The position numbers and the translations under genes were made by a program. From the NCBI GenBank assembly GCA_951804945.1, contig OX638150.1, positions 3,720,001-3,783,825 of the forward strand: a stretch of DNA of 63,825 bases. The letters are read 5' to 3'. A model generated the notes under the pieces. That model was not told where the DNA came from and made no database searches. It saw only the letters and a program-made list of their open reading frames with translations. The stretch is from Podarcis cretensis (Eukaryota). Shown here piece by piece: positions 1-13,126 of this stretch; position 1 is the first letter of the stretch, and the number at the start of each line of letters is the position of its first letter.

Positions 1-848
1 TACACGAGGATGCTACCAGTTTCTGTATGTTTGTGGTCAGGCTGATATGTGAAGTGAATTCAGTGTTACATGGTCATTAAATGGTGGACAAAAGCCCATT
101 GTTAACTGAAAGGCAGAATGGGTAGGTTTGGGACACATTAGAGCAGGGATGAGGAACCAGCTAGATATTGTTAGACTACAATTTTCATTATCCCTGACAA
201 TTGGCCATGCTGGCTGGGACTGATAGGAGTTGGAGTCCAACACTGTATGAAAGGGGCACAGGATACCCATCCCAGCACTAGAGCACCATAATGCTGGTTT
301 ACCTGTCCTCCATTGTCAACTGTGGGGTTGAAGTCAGTGTTCAGTCCAAAGTTTGAGTTTGAAGTTCTCATGCATTGACTTGACAGATTTTGTATCTTGG
401 TGACTTGGGGGCGGGGGCGGGGAGGGCGGATCACACTAGATGCTCTCTGTGGTTTGTTTCTGTGTTCCAGTTAACTAATAGGCAGATTTACCAACCAATG
501 TACACACAATACATAGTCTGGCTTTAAACCTTCCACTTTGTTTTTATTTGGTGGTGCTTCCACACCAAAATTTAGCATGTAAATAAAAGAAAATGGATTG
601 GATTATTATTCAGGGTAAATGGTCTTTTACAATTTGATTCGCGCCTTGACTCTTGGCTCCTGCTTTGCTCTAATTAATACCTCACATTTTAATCTGACAC
701 TTTCCTGAAGTGTTGTGAATATGGATGAGCCCTGTACCATGGTCAGAGTCAGCTTGCTTTTTAAGTGGCTAGCTTTGAAATGATTCTTAATGACATGTCT
801 TGAAGAACTAACCCCCCTTTCTTTTTCCATTTGTTTGCCTCTATATAG

Positions 849-971
849 CACCGAAGACATGTAGCCCCACAAAGTTTGCATGTAAAGATCAGATCACTTG
901 CATATCCATGGGCTGGAGATGTGATGGAGAGAAGGATTGTCCAGATGGTTCTGATGAATCGCCAGATATAT
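849..971 (+). CDS. LRP1: LRP1 coding exon (human exon 2 equivalent), LDL-receptor class A repeat 1
   Basis: Pyrimidine tract + tag|CA acceptor and T|gtatgt donor; 123 nt. Translates [40 protein letters not shown], matching recalled LRP1 [40 protein letters not shown]. Not in the ORF track; read by hand. Confidence 0.96.
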
Positions 972-2841
972 GTATGTATATTTCCTTAATTTTTCTCTTG
1001 TAATTATTTATATCTTGTATTGGTGATAAAAGGCCACTTTCCCCATTTCATTTTCTCCCTGCGTGCCATGACTCATCACATCCTTCTTACAGCCTTGAAA
1101 ATGTTAACGCTAGCCTCTAAAGATGGAGGCAACGACAACATCCAGTTTTGGAATAGATAGACCATTTAGTATTCCTGCTACCACGTAGCCTCTGCGTGAG
1201 TGCAACTTGCAACGTCTTATCTCGGGCATTTCTGAATATGTTAACAAAGGTTAGCTCACACTCACATTTGACTTTTCCACTCCCCTTAAACTTGGCTCCC
1301 ACCTCAGAGAGGATTTCTGGGACCTATATGACACATCCACCTACATAACCCTGCATGTGGAAAGTCAGTATGTCAGGTAGAAAGGTTACCATTCTCATGA
1401 GCCTGCTAGCTTTTCAAGTGCAATAGGTTTTGACATAAGAGAGCACTGAAGCATGCAATCCTTCATTTCCCTTCTGAAGTGGCATACTCCCATTTGATGT
1501 TTCCCCCCTGAAAGCTTGGTGTTCTTCCTTTTTTTGTTGAGACATGAGTGTGAGAACAAAGGCCTTTCTGGCAGTTTAGCATACCATGTTCCAGGTTATA
1601 AGTTTATACTGCAATAAATGCAGTTGCTGCACACTGGTTATTCAGCTAGTATTTCTGTGCAGCAGCAATTAATTTTCGGTTTATCAAAAATTGAATGGCA
1701 GAGTTCTTGCCACTATTTCTGCTTAGCCTGTGATACTATCTCTGATCTGTCTCTCACCTGGCTGTCTGCTGAAAGAAGCTGCCTTATAACAGATCACATT
1801 ATTTGACCCTCCAAAAGTATTTTTGTCTACACTGGCAATTGGTACAGTAAGGTCTCAGGCAGAGAGTCTTTGTCTTCTTAACTGGAGCTGCCAGGGATTG
1901 AACCTGGGACTCAAAGCGTTCATGCACTTTGCCACTGAGCTGTTGCCACTCCCCAGTAACAGCCATTATCCTGAGAAGTGTCACTAGTGTTACAAAAACA
2001 CTTTGGGCTTCCACTAAAATTCCTTCAATGTTTTGCTCGAGGAAGAACCCTAACACTTCCATTGAATTTTAGGTGAAATTTCTGTGGCAACAAGAACAGG
2101 TTGATGGGCCCCAGAGCCAGGCCCTTTTCAGTGGTGCCCCCCCATCAGAATTCCCTTCCTAGGGAACTCTGCCAAATGCCCTCTTTAGTTTTCTTTGGAC
2201 AGAGCTTGAATAGGGTTTGTCTTGCTTTATTAGAGCCTTTTGTGACTACGGTAATTTTATGTTGGTGAGTGTGTTGGAACTGGCATGTTTTAAAATACTT
2301 TGTGCATTGTGACTTCTTGTGGTATTTATGCTTATTTTTTGTAAGAAATCCTGTGTGCTCTTTGTCCTAAAAGATATGATGCTAATATCTAAAACAATCA
2401 AACAAATAAAATAATTATGTGTGCATTGCAACATAGCTAGAGGTATTGCTTTTGATACAAGTTTCTTTCTTTCTTTCTTTTTCATTTCATTTCATTTCAT
2501 TTCTATACCACTTTATATTTTTAAGAAAAATCTCAAAGTGGTTTATAGAATATTAAAACATCAATATAAACTCAATAAAAAAGCAACATAATTAACAGAA
2601 AACTAAAATATTGTATTAAAGATTTCAGAATAAAACATTACAAAGGAGGTCAACTACAGAATAGATATTTAACACAAAGTTAATGTGCAGGCCGGCTGAG
2701 CTGTTGCTGTTCAGTTCTGCCAGCGTACAAATAAAGAGCTGCTCTGGAGAAATTGCTGTGTCGTCTGCTGTGTTCGCCCACAACTTAACAGTTAACAAAA
2801 TACTTAAACATTTCAAATAAATACATTGCTAAGTGAATGTT

Positions 2842-3022
2842 GGGGAAGGGCCGTAGCTCAGTGGTCGAGCACCTGCTTTTCGTGCAGAAGGCCCAATTCC
2901 TGGTGTCTCCAGGTGGAGCTGAGAGAGATTCCTGCCTTAAACCCTGGAGAGCCGCTGCTAGTCAGTGTAGACAGTCCTGACCCATATGGACCCAGTGGTC
3001 TGACTTGGGTAAGGCAACTTCC
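2842..3022 (+). mobile_element. tRNA-derived SINE (tRNA-Ala/Cys-like head)
   Basis: GGGAAGGGCCGTAGCTCAGTGGTCGAGCAC A-box head. The body matches a second copy at ~14820-15010, with head remnants at ~1880-1950, ~9760-9860, ~22360-22450 and ~54295-54370. Confidence 0.75.
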
Positions 3023-5330
3023 GTAACAGGAAGTGGAGTGGACTAGATGTTGGTTTGAGCATTCAGGAAAGGGACCGGTTAGGTAAGCCAAACTTGGCAC
3101 ATGCTCGTAGCTTCATGGCCTTTTTTGTGCATTGCAAAAAAACCATGGGTGAGTTTTCTAACTGACAAAATATATATGAATGCAACATTGGTGGTGAGCC
3201 CTCCGTTTGTTTGGACAAGACATGAATGTATAGTTCACACAAACAACTTTAGTTTTTAAACCCTATATGAATAAACAATCACTGCTGAAACCTGCTTTGT
3301 TTATGCAAAACTAACCGTAAACCACTCTTACGAGAAAAACCATTTGCCACGCAAGCCTTCCCATATCTGCGGAAAGTACAGCAGGAAATTCTGAGAGTTA
3401 TTTGGGCAGCAGCAATGCAGACCAGCAGGACCAATGTGGAAATTGGACTGGTTTTCTTCTAAGCAAGCATTTTGTTCCCTTTTAAAAATTAAAATGGAGG
3501 GGTGTTGCACAGTATTTAACCAAAATCACATTTGGTTAATGTTATCATTAATCAGATATGACAGAAAAGGTTTGTTACAAAGCTGAATAGATTGCATCAG
3601 ATAATGTACTTTCTGTTGCTAATGAATTAAAGTGAAGGCAAAGCTGACTGTTGAAATGGATGGCAGTTGTGATTAGTCACCAATTCCACACCTACACTTA
3701 CCCAGTTTTCAGAAAGCCTAGATAGTTAGCAACAGTCATTTTGCTTTTAGATTTCTCTACTGTCTGTCATCTTTTATCCCAGTATTATTTGATTTTACAT
3801 GGAAAATGACAGAAATGTTTTTTGTGCTGAGCTCCTTGTAAAAAACAAAACAAAACACCCACCCACCCTAAGTTGCAGCCCCCCACGCATTTACTCCTGA
3901 AGGGTACTAGTGCATTCAGCAGGGTGGCCCCAAGATCAGAAAGAAGGCTATAAATTTTTGGCATGGTTACTTGACACTGAGAAATATGAAGTGTAATAGA
4001 AACAATAAAAGAAGAAGATTCAAGTTGATGCTAGAGCACTGAAATTCAGGATCTGTCTGCTATTGTAGTGGCTGGAAAGGAGTTTTTCCCAGGCCAGATT
4101 GACTAGTGAGTCTGCAGTGGGGGGGGGGGGGAAGCCTTCCCTTCAAGTGGGTGACTTCATTTGTTGTTTGGGGATGTGCACAAATTAATAGCTTTTAAGA
4201 GACTTGAAGGCAATATGGTAGACATGTCATGGCATAAACATTCCATTTTGTATGTCTCAGCACTGTCTCTAGATATTTTTTAATGGGGTGCTGGAAAAGC
4301 TGGATGAAACTCAAAGGAGGAGGGCTAGACTGTTGGAATGGTTTCACACACAGTTTGCTTCTACTGTTAAGAGTACTCACATGAATTTTCTGGAAAATTC
4401 TGAATTGGAAAATTTTTCTGTGCAAATTGGTAATCTGCATAGGGTAAGATGCCTCAGAAAGTTTTCAGTTTGCATTGAAGAATGATCTGATTTAGCATAT
4501 TTACTGTACATACATTTAGTAAACAACCCTAAAAACATGAAATATTTTTCTTGCAATCAGAAGACTGCCCTGGAGGGGCACGGCACAACACAAAGTTAGA
4601 GAGTACAGTCGCTGCTGCCCCCGCCCCCAACAAGACAATCTCAAGCTTACCATGATAAGTCAACTCTGACCTGCTCTACCTGATTGCAGAGATGCAACTT
4701 TTAAAGGCACAAGAATCCTGTTTCCTTCAATGTCAACCCTAAGCCAAATATTAGAGTTATGAGTTTGAGCCCTGCATTGCGGAAAAGATGCCTGCATTGC
4801 AGGGAGTTGGACTAGATGACCCCTGGGGTCCCTTCCAACTCTACAGTTCTGTGATTCTATGATCTTGTACCCACTTAAGTGGGGCAAACCTCACTAAACA
4901 CAATAGACTTGCTTCTGTGTAGACATGTATACCATTGTACTGCAAGTTAATTATACAGTAAATTCTTAATGGTTTCCTGGGTTTCCATATTAATTGTGTA
5001 GTGGAATTCACAGAAAAAAAATTCTACGGAGTACCAGATCACAACTGAGCCCACCACAGGAAAGATCACAGCTTTGACTTCACTCATTGGCTAAATACAC
5101 TGACAGCAGTTGGCAGACTGGTTCGTTTAACAGAAATCACTTAGAAGGATCCCTCTACATTTTGTTTCCTAACTTTCTAAGTGGGCTAGATACTTTTAAA
5201 AATTAAAATGGAAGCTCAGAGCCTCGGCCCCCTGCCAAGGGGCATCATTGAAGTTCTCCATGGGTGCCATGTCGCCTGTGGGTGCTATGTTGGCCATTCC
5301 TGAAGGATTCATTGCCGATGTAGACCTTGG

Positions 5331-5505
5331 TAGGGTTGCCATATCTTGAAGAGCAAAAACGAGTCAAAAGAAAAAAAACAAGTTAAAAAATAAATCCTCC
5401 CAAACCCTGAAAATTTACTTTAAAATGTAAAAATCTTCCCGGATGGGCATGTTGGCTCCCCAAAAGAGGATGTGTCTGGGATTTCCCAGACATATGGCAA
5501 CCCTA
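5331..5505. mobile_element. hAT (Blackjack-like) non-autonomous MITE
   Basis: 14-bp TIR TAGGGTTGCCATAT ... ATATGGCAACCCTA; flanking direct repeat ACCTTGG at 5324-5330 and 5506-5512. Confidence 0.8.
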
Positions 5506-6462
5506 ACCTTGGGCTTCCTGGTGCCTTCCAGCTGAACATAGTAAGCTAGGAGGTACTGAGAACTCAATTTGCCAAATTTCCCAGATGTAATCTGAGCATG
5601 TTTGAAAGAAACTGGCAGTGTTTAGGTCTTAGAAATGAGGGCTGTGCTACGACTGCAAGGGTTGTACATCAGCTGTCCTGCCTCAGTCCCTTTTTGGGAA
5701 ATGAGAGGGGACTAGTGTCACAAGGATAGTCTGGCAGTAGGAGGAGCTAATCCCACCTGAGGCAATTTACATGCTGGGCCTGAAATTTGGGGAAATTCAG
5801 GCCCAGTTCCCATTTCTCAGAATATGCGGATCTGTTAGTGAACTCCCTTTTTCACAAAGTGCCTGTCTGTGAATGTTGAAGCATCATCTGTCATATAGCC
5901 AACTTCTTCCTGAATCATTAAATAAGTTTGTAGGCTATGGCAAAGTTTGTAGGCTAGGTATTTGTGACCTAGATACAAATCCTACCTTGGCCATGCAAGT
6001 AGCTTTAACGTTGAAAACACGTATGATTTTCTTCTTGTTTGTACAATAGAGCAAACTTTTTTCTTTTTCTTTTTTGCAGGCTTAGTTAAGTAAGAATGTA
6101 TTCAGCCTTTGTGATTCCGGGAACATTAAAATGAATTAAAACCACATTCCCTCTCCACATTCATTCAATTTTTTATTATTCCTACATAACCACCTCCTCG
6201 TTCTTCTTCTGTTTGGTGGTTGTGTGGTGAATTCACTGGAAATTAATACTTTTTGGAGAGGCTGGCTGCAGTATCTGATCTTATAAATATTGGGCTGTAC
6301 CCATCTAGGTTCTACTTAGAGTACACCCATTGAAATTAACAGATGCCAGTTGTATATTAATTTCAGTGGATTTCCTTTGAGCATGACTAACTTTGAAGAC
6401 AACCCATTCTCACCACTGGGTTGAGATGCTTATAATTGTAACATTAGGAGATTTTTAGCATG

Positions 6463-8461
6463 GGAGACTTCCGGGTTAGCGGCTCCGGCAATGGCGGAGC
6501 TCCTCCGATCGGGAGGAACTTGCTTCGTGGAAAGCAGGGTCTGCACCGCCACGGCGAAGGCGGAGACCCTTGGAAATCACAGGCGGAAGAGCCTGTGAAC
6601 TTGGGATTCGGCTGGCACCTTTTGCGCCCCCCTACTCGCGGGGAGACCCGGTATCGGGAATCCAGAGCGACGTGGGGTGAGTGGCGCGGTGCTTTGAATT
6701 GACCGCTTCTTTCACGGAGTGAAGCCGCATTGCTGCTGCCGGAGAGCGCTGACTTTTTCCTGTGGACAATTGGATTTTAAACAACAACCCGTGAGTAACG
6801 GAAAATTGGATTTCTAAATACTTTAATTTGGCATCGAACGGGGAAGGCTCAAAACAGGAAGTCCGCCTCCCCTTTTTGTAAACAGACTGAAACAAAGTAT
6901 TTGTAAGCTAAGGTTTTGGAAAGCTTCATGTAAAGGATCAAACTTCCATTGATTGAAACTATAAAACCCCCCTTGGAAGCAGGGGAAGGGGGGGGAATTT
7001 TGACCAAGCGTGCCTGCAGGAGAGAGTGGAAAATTAAATTAAATTACCACGTCTCTGAACCTGGAAACGGGCTGCAAAAGAAGAGAGAGAGAGAAAAAAG
7101 TCCATTGACAGTGAACAGTACATATTTGACAGCTAGCTACAAGAGAAAGATACGGTTTCTATTGTCCGCTTCTGCGTTTTAAAAGAAGAAAAAGTAACTG
7201 AAAATTGATACTATTTTTCACCTTTGGAACTGTGTTGGAAAGGACTGAGTTCTTGAAACTGTTACAAGAGTGGAGTGGAGACATCCAGCTGTAAGATAAG
7301 GACTGTGAGAAACCAGAATTTGACCTTGAACATCCCAAGAATGTCTGTTAGGGAAGATTTAGTGTCTGCATTGTATAAAACAAACTATTTGCTGGAAAAG
7401 CTTCATAAACAGATAGATGCTATGGCTACTAATGTTGTCACCTTGGGATCAAAAGTGGGTATCAACACAGAAGTTGTCAAGGATCCAGCACAGGAATTTA
7501 TTATGACTGAACAAATTGTTGAGAAGGAGAAGGAGAAAGTTGCTGTGGCTGAGCCCAGAGTAATACAGGGGGGAGCCTTGACCTTGCAGATGCAAATTGA
7601 GGATTACAAATTGAGGCCCTTTATGACTGAAACTATAAAAAGCCAGATTTTGAAGATTGGAGCCTGGCCTGGTCTGGAAAAGGAAAGTTGGAGAGATTCC
7701 CCAATGCAGGGATCAATTGACTTTTGGGATATGGAGTCGGGAGGAGATTGGAGCTTGTGGGACATTTGGATTTGGAGGATTTTTGAAACAAGATTTGGAA
7801 CGCTTTATGGATCCTAGCTTTAACTATGGAAATCTGGCTGCCCTGTTAAGAAGGAATAAAGGCATTGTTGGGAAGGAGCTCCCCTGAGATCTGCTTTTTA
7901 TCACTAAAGATTATGAAGAAGATCGGCAGAAGGGACGTGAAGGAGAGTTAAGAGCCTCGGATATAAGATCTCCAGGTTGATGGACTTTTTGGAGTTGACA
8001 GAAGGGACGCCAGAGACCGAGACCAGGGAGAGGAGATGGTGGAAGAAGATTGGGAATTTAAAGTTTATATTTGGAAATTTTGTAAAATTTAATGAGGGAG
8101 AGAAAAATTGTGGAATGAAATTTTTATGACCCTAGTGGAAATGTTTTAAGAGTTTAAGTTCAAATAGATATATTAATTTTGAGGATAAAAAGAGGGAAAG
8201 GATTTGCTGAAATATTTAACTGAATTAGAATACAAAAAAGGGAGGTGGGAGGAGGTCAAGGAAATAAGCATATGAAAGATATATTATGTGAAGGTTTGAT
8301 ATGTTTCTTGCTGTTGTTTTTCCTTTTTTCTTAATCTTTTTTTTTTTACTTGTATGGTATTTTTTAAAATGTGATACATTGTTTCATTTTTTGTTTAATT
8401 TGGTGTTTCTTTGTTTTATTTGTAACCTTCAAAACCTCAATAAATATTATTTTTTTAAAAA
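6463..8461 (+). mobile_element. ~2-kb non-autonomous L1-clade retroposon (5' UTR, ORF1-like remnant, ORF2 C-terminal remnant, 3' UTR, poly-A)
   Basis: CpG-rich 5' end (GACTTCCGGG...ATGGCGG); AATAAA and A-rich tail at ~8440-8461; ~29-bp imperfect TSD (6434-6462 vs 8462-8491); ORF 7341-7817; L1 ORF2 C-terminus-like peptide remnants at ~7860-8075. Confidence 0.8.
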
Positions 8462-9999
8462 AATTGTATCATTAGGAGATTTCAAAGCATGAGATGAAAC
8501 GGGGCCAGAAGATGGCAAGTAGTGACATTCATGCATAATATTACAATTCCTGGTTTTGCATTTCATCAATAATAAATAAAACTATATTAAGAGATGTTTG
8601 CCTGGTCACTGTTAATAATGTCACTATTATGTTAGACATTTCCCCTCCATGTTTGTTGTGAGCCTTTCCTCACCAAACTAGGCCCCCTAGAGCAAAATAT
8701 ACACCAGGAGGCTTAGTTTGGTCAGAAAAGAGTCTACACTTCCAGAGTTAATGCTAAATACATTACTTCTAATAAATAAGCCACCATAGCCTGTAGAGAT
8801 CTTTTCAGCTCTCCTCCCCCACTATATGTCCAAACCAGGCACCATGGTTTGTTTCACTCTCAACAAACCATGATCTGTATCCAAGGTGTATTCTTGGCTT
8901 ACTGATTTGTAGTTTGTTGGAGAGAAACAAATTATTATCCCTACTTCTGATGTTTCTGTTTTAACTACCTGTGCTTTTATCTCCTGTTTTTATCTTGTGA
9001 ACCACCATGAGATCTTTTGGTGAAAGGCAGTATGCAAATGTCATTAATCAATCAATTAATTAATTAAATAGAATGATGGAATGCTGAGTTGGGGGTGGGG
9101 GTTGGTTTGCTCTGAACGTTAGTTGGAGGAGAAAAAAATTTCAGCTAGGTGTGTTCACAATAAAGTGTTAAGTATGGTTTACCATCATGTGGGAAGTGAG
9201 CCAGTATCTCAAAAAGCCACCTATGCTGATAGTTTTGGATTTAAGCCAATTAATTTACTATACTGAGTTCTATGGGTATACAGTGGTGTACAAATCAATC
9301 AACACATAATCTGTGGACCAGTAATCTTAGGCTGGATTCCAGTTAAGTTTTTCTGGTGCAAACCAGGGAGACGGTGTGCTCTGTGAGTGCCCAGAATCTA
9401 TTCCATTATGATTGCAGAGTTAGCACTTTTCTTTGGGCGGCCCAGTGATTCATTTCCTGACAGCAGAGCCTTTGCTTTGGTTTCTGTGTGCAGATTTGTT
9501 CTAGAAGAATGAATGAGAAAAGCCTGATGGATCAGTCTCTGCAGTTGTTTCCTCATGTGCGAAGCCCCCTCACCCTTACCTTACCCCCTTTTTGAAGGAG
9601 ACAAGAGCAAACGCCCTAGATGCTATTTACAAGTATAACGCAACAGCTGTGAGGAAGCCGTCAAGGAGAAACCATCTAGGACTGAATATTGTGGCAGTAT
9701 GTTTGATAAGGAGTCAGTCAGTTTCTCTCATTCTTGTCTATTCTCCAGTATCCTGGGTAGACATTTTCCCCAGGCCTGCTACTTGAAAACCTTAAAAGGA
9801 GATGCTAGGGATTGAAACCAGAAACTTCCATATGCAGAAATATACATCACTGAACCATGATTCACTCTGAAAACATTCAACAAAGCTATGTTTCTCCCCA
9901 AAGCCCATATGCTACCTTATCCAGCTTTCCCCAAATTTAGCTCCCCAGATTTATTTAATTCTTTAATGGTACTGCATGATTGCAACAAAACCTCTAAGC

Positions 10000-10460
10000 A
10001 AGTTACAGTCATTTTTAAAATTATAAATAAAAACAGTTAAAAGCAATTAATTATAAACATTTTTAAAAAGAACTTGAAAGAAGCAATAAACTCAAAAGAG
10101 ATGATAACACACCTGTGTCTGGATAGGCTTTCCTGAACAAAAATGTTGTAAGCAGGTGCTGAAAAGGATTCAGTGAAAATGCCTGCATCCTGAGGTCAAT
10201 AGGCAGGGAGTTCCAAAGTGTTGGAACAAGTATTGTGGGGCTTCTGTTCTGCGGAATGGACACTGTTACAGAGTGGTCAAGCAGGCACATACAGGACAAG
10301 GTGATCCCTCAAGTAAAATGGTCTCAAGCTTTTTAGGGCTTTATATACAGCAAATGGGTAACCAGTGCAGATCTTTGAACAGAGGTGTTATATGTAGACA
10401 CGGTCTTGCTCTGCTCAGCATCTTGGGCTGCAGCATTCTGCACTAACTGCAGTTGCTGGA
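10000..10460 (-). mobile_element. L2 LINE 3' fragment (old)
   Basis: Minus-strand peptide PTLWNSLPIDLR...FQHLLTTFLFRKAY, typical of the L2 ORF2 C-terminus, with an AT-rich tail. Boundaries approximate. Confidence 0.65.
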
Positions 10461-10574
10461 TCATTTAATGTTGTTGTTATTTATTCATTGTAGATGTTGT
10501 TGGGTTGTGTTTGTATGTGTGTGATTGCAGATGTTGGATTGCAACTCTCATTATTCCTGTCTATTGGCCACACA

Positions 10575-11060
10575 CCTGGGGATGATCATGGGGCTGGAAC
10601 AACTCCTCTGTGAGGAATGTTCACAACATCTGGGGCTTTTTAGCTTAGAAAAACTGTGAGGAAGAGGAGAGATACAGTGGAAGAGCATAAAGTATGCATG
10701 CTGTGAGTCAGGGAGGAGGCTGTCTTGCATCATACTGGAACCAGTGTCATCTAATGAAGCTGATTGTTCGATTAATGTCTTACTTCACACAGCACGTAGT
10801 TACTCTATGAAATCCCATACAGGCTATAACGAGGGCTGCCAAATTGGGCAGCTTTGAAGAGAGAGTAGAGAAATTCATGTAGGATCAGGCTATCAGAGGC
10901 TACACATTACCTCCAAGGTCAGAGTCAGCTGGGGAGCAGTGATTGAGGTCATAGCCAGCTTATGGGCTTTCCATAGGTGCATCTGGTTGGCCACTGGGAG
11001 AAACCAAAGGATGTTGGACTAGGTGGGCCTCAGATCTAGTCAGGCTCTTGTTATGTTCTT
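10575..11060 (+). mobile_element. CR1 LINE 3' fragment (old)
   Basis: GGGCTGGAACAACTCCTCTGTGAGGAA...TTTAGCTTAGAAAA CR1 C-terminal motif and a TTATGTTCTTA tail. Boundaries approximate. Confidence 0.65.
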
Positions 11061-11861
11061 AGTTGTGCTTAGAGGCAAGTATCCCAGAATAAATGACTGC
11101 AAAGCCTTTTCTCATAAATTGCTCTAGAGCAATTGATTTCAGATTACGATAAGAGAGGAGATTCTTCCGGGATGTTTGCCAGTTCTCTGTAAACAATATT
11201 TCAGAGAGGGTGATCATTGTGAGAGAAGGCCAGGCCCCAGTTATTTGTGGTTTTGAGGAATGAGAGGCTTATTGTAGCAAGGCATTGGCAAATTGCGACT
11301 GATCTCCATTTCCCTCTAAAATTTGGAGTGGGAGCTAGTGTGGATATGGCACTTTCAGAGATTTTCCTGCTGTGGAATATCACAACATCTGCTTCTGGGA
11401 TTTGGTGGGGAGGAATGCCTTTTGCAATTTCTAATAATAAAACTAGCAGTGTAATCTTTGGTGAGTTCCCACTTTAAGTATTACATGTGAAGTGCTTTGA
11501 AATATTGGCTAACATCCTGCATGTATGGCCTTGGAAACGGTCTACTTCATTTGATAAATGCAGCTCCTGGTAAAAAACAAGAACATGGCCTGTAAGGCCT
11601 CTTTGATAGGTCTTTCATCATCTTTTCTTCCCCACCTGGAGTATGATATTGCCCTCAAAACTGTGAAACAGAGGTTATGGGATATTGCCTTTAGTGATTT
11701 ATGATCTCGCTCACATGTGACCTGTGGCCCATCTGTGCCATGAATCCAATAACAGCAGGGTTTTTTGTTATCTCCCTACTTTAAGAATTTGACCGTATTT
11801 ACCAAGATTCTTGGGGAGAAGCCATGACTGTTAAAGTGGTACACAAATGCTTTAAGTGGAA

Positions 11862-12000
11862 TGCTTTCGAACTGCTAGGTTGGCAGGAGCTGGGACCAAG
11901 CAACGGGTGCTCACCCCATCGCAAGGATTTGAACCGCCAACCTTCTGATCGGCAGGCCCAAGAGGCTCAGTGGTTTAGACCACAGCGCCACCCATGTCCC
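11862..12000 (-). mobile_element. Sauria SINE, 5' portion only
   Basis: Reverse complement reads GGGACATGGGTGGCGCTGTGG...GCAGTTCGAAAGCA, homologous to the copies at 32019 and 48328. Confidence 0.85.
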
Positions 12001-13126
12001 TAGACAGGTTAGACAGCATCTAATCAATCCTAAACAACCTGGAATTGCTGACTCTTTTCTTGTCAGGGTTCTCCTTGAGGATAAGATTGATACTATTAAA
12101 CTGGCTGTAACAAAATTCCTCTCGGAGGCAGTAAAAATCAGAAATCAGTATGTACAGGCTAAAGCTGCTCTTTTGGCCAGCAAGGTCAATCTTACATCTT
12201 AACAACTGTTGATATATACTATTGTTGTACTGTGTATTGTGGGTTTATAGACCACAATAAAGCTTTGTGTGTGTATTACATCACTCCCGTGAGTAGACCA
12301 CCAAGCTGAGTTACTACTAGGGTGAGATAGCTGCACTAATATTCACATTGTTTTGCAAAATGAAAGCTTCTGCAAAACTGGAATTCCGTAGGAGTTTATG
12401 CCCTGTGGACATGCAAAGTGCTATAGAACATGCAGGCTGTCTGGGTCAAGGAAGGGAGAATATGGCTCTGTTCCCTCTCCACCTTAATTTTGATAGGCCA
12501 GAACCCCCCCCCCCCATTTTCATACTTATAGTGATTTTTCTTAAGTGCCCAGGGTATATTTACAACAACCCTTGATGCAGGCCAGTTCATTTGCTTGGCC
12601 ACTGTACTTCTATACCTTTAAGGTCAAAACTGCACCTTCATTACCATCACACCAATCTTGATTCTTAACACATTGTATTTTAGTTACCATCATTTCTCCC
12701 ACCACTGCTTTATAGATCTAGGGTGCTCTACATTCAGTTCCTGAAGCCCAGGCAGATTATTGCATTTTCCAAAGCATTAATATGATTCTGAAAATATGTA
12801 TTATTAAAACAGGTAACAGAGAAATTTGAAATTCCACACTCCATCCCTGTCTTTATTTGAATTGATGCACTTATAAATCCTTATTGCAAGCTTTCAAGTT
12901 TATTGATAGTCCTAATCCTTAAACATAAAAGCAGCCTAGCAAAATGGTATCCTCATTCCTTCCTAAGATGTCATGCTGCTACCGCAGGTTAGCTGGTTCC
13001 TTACATCTGTTTTTTTCCCCTCTGAGAGCTTGAGGTAACCATTTTGTGAGTTTATACGCAGCATAGGCATTTGCTGTAGCTCAGCAGAGATTGATTACAT
13101 GTGCAATGATTCCAATGTAATAATCA

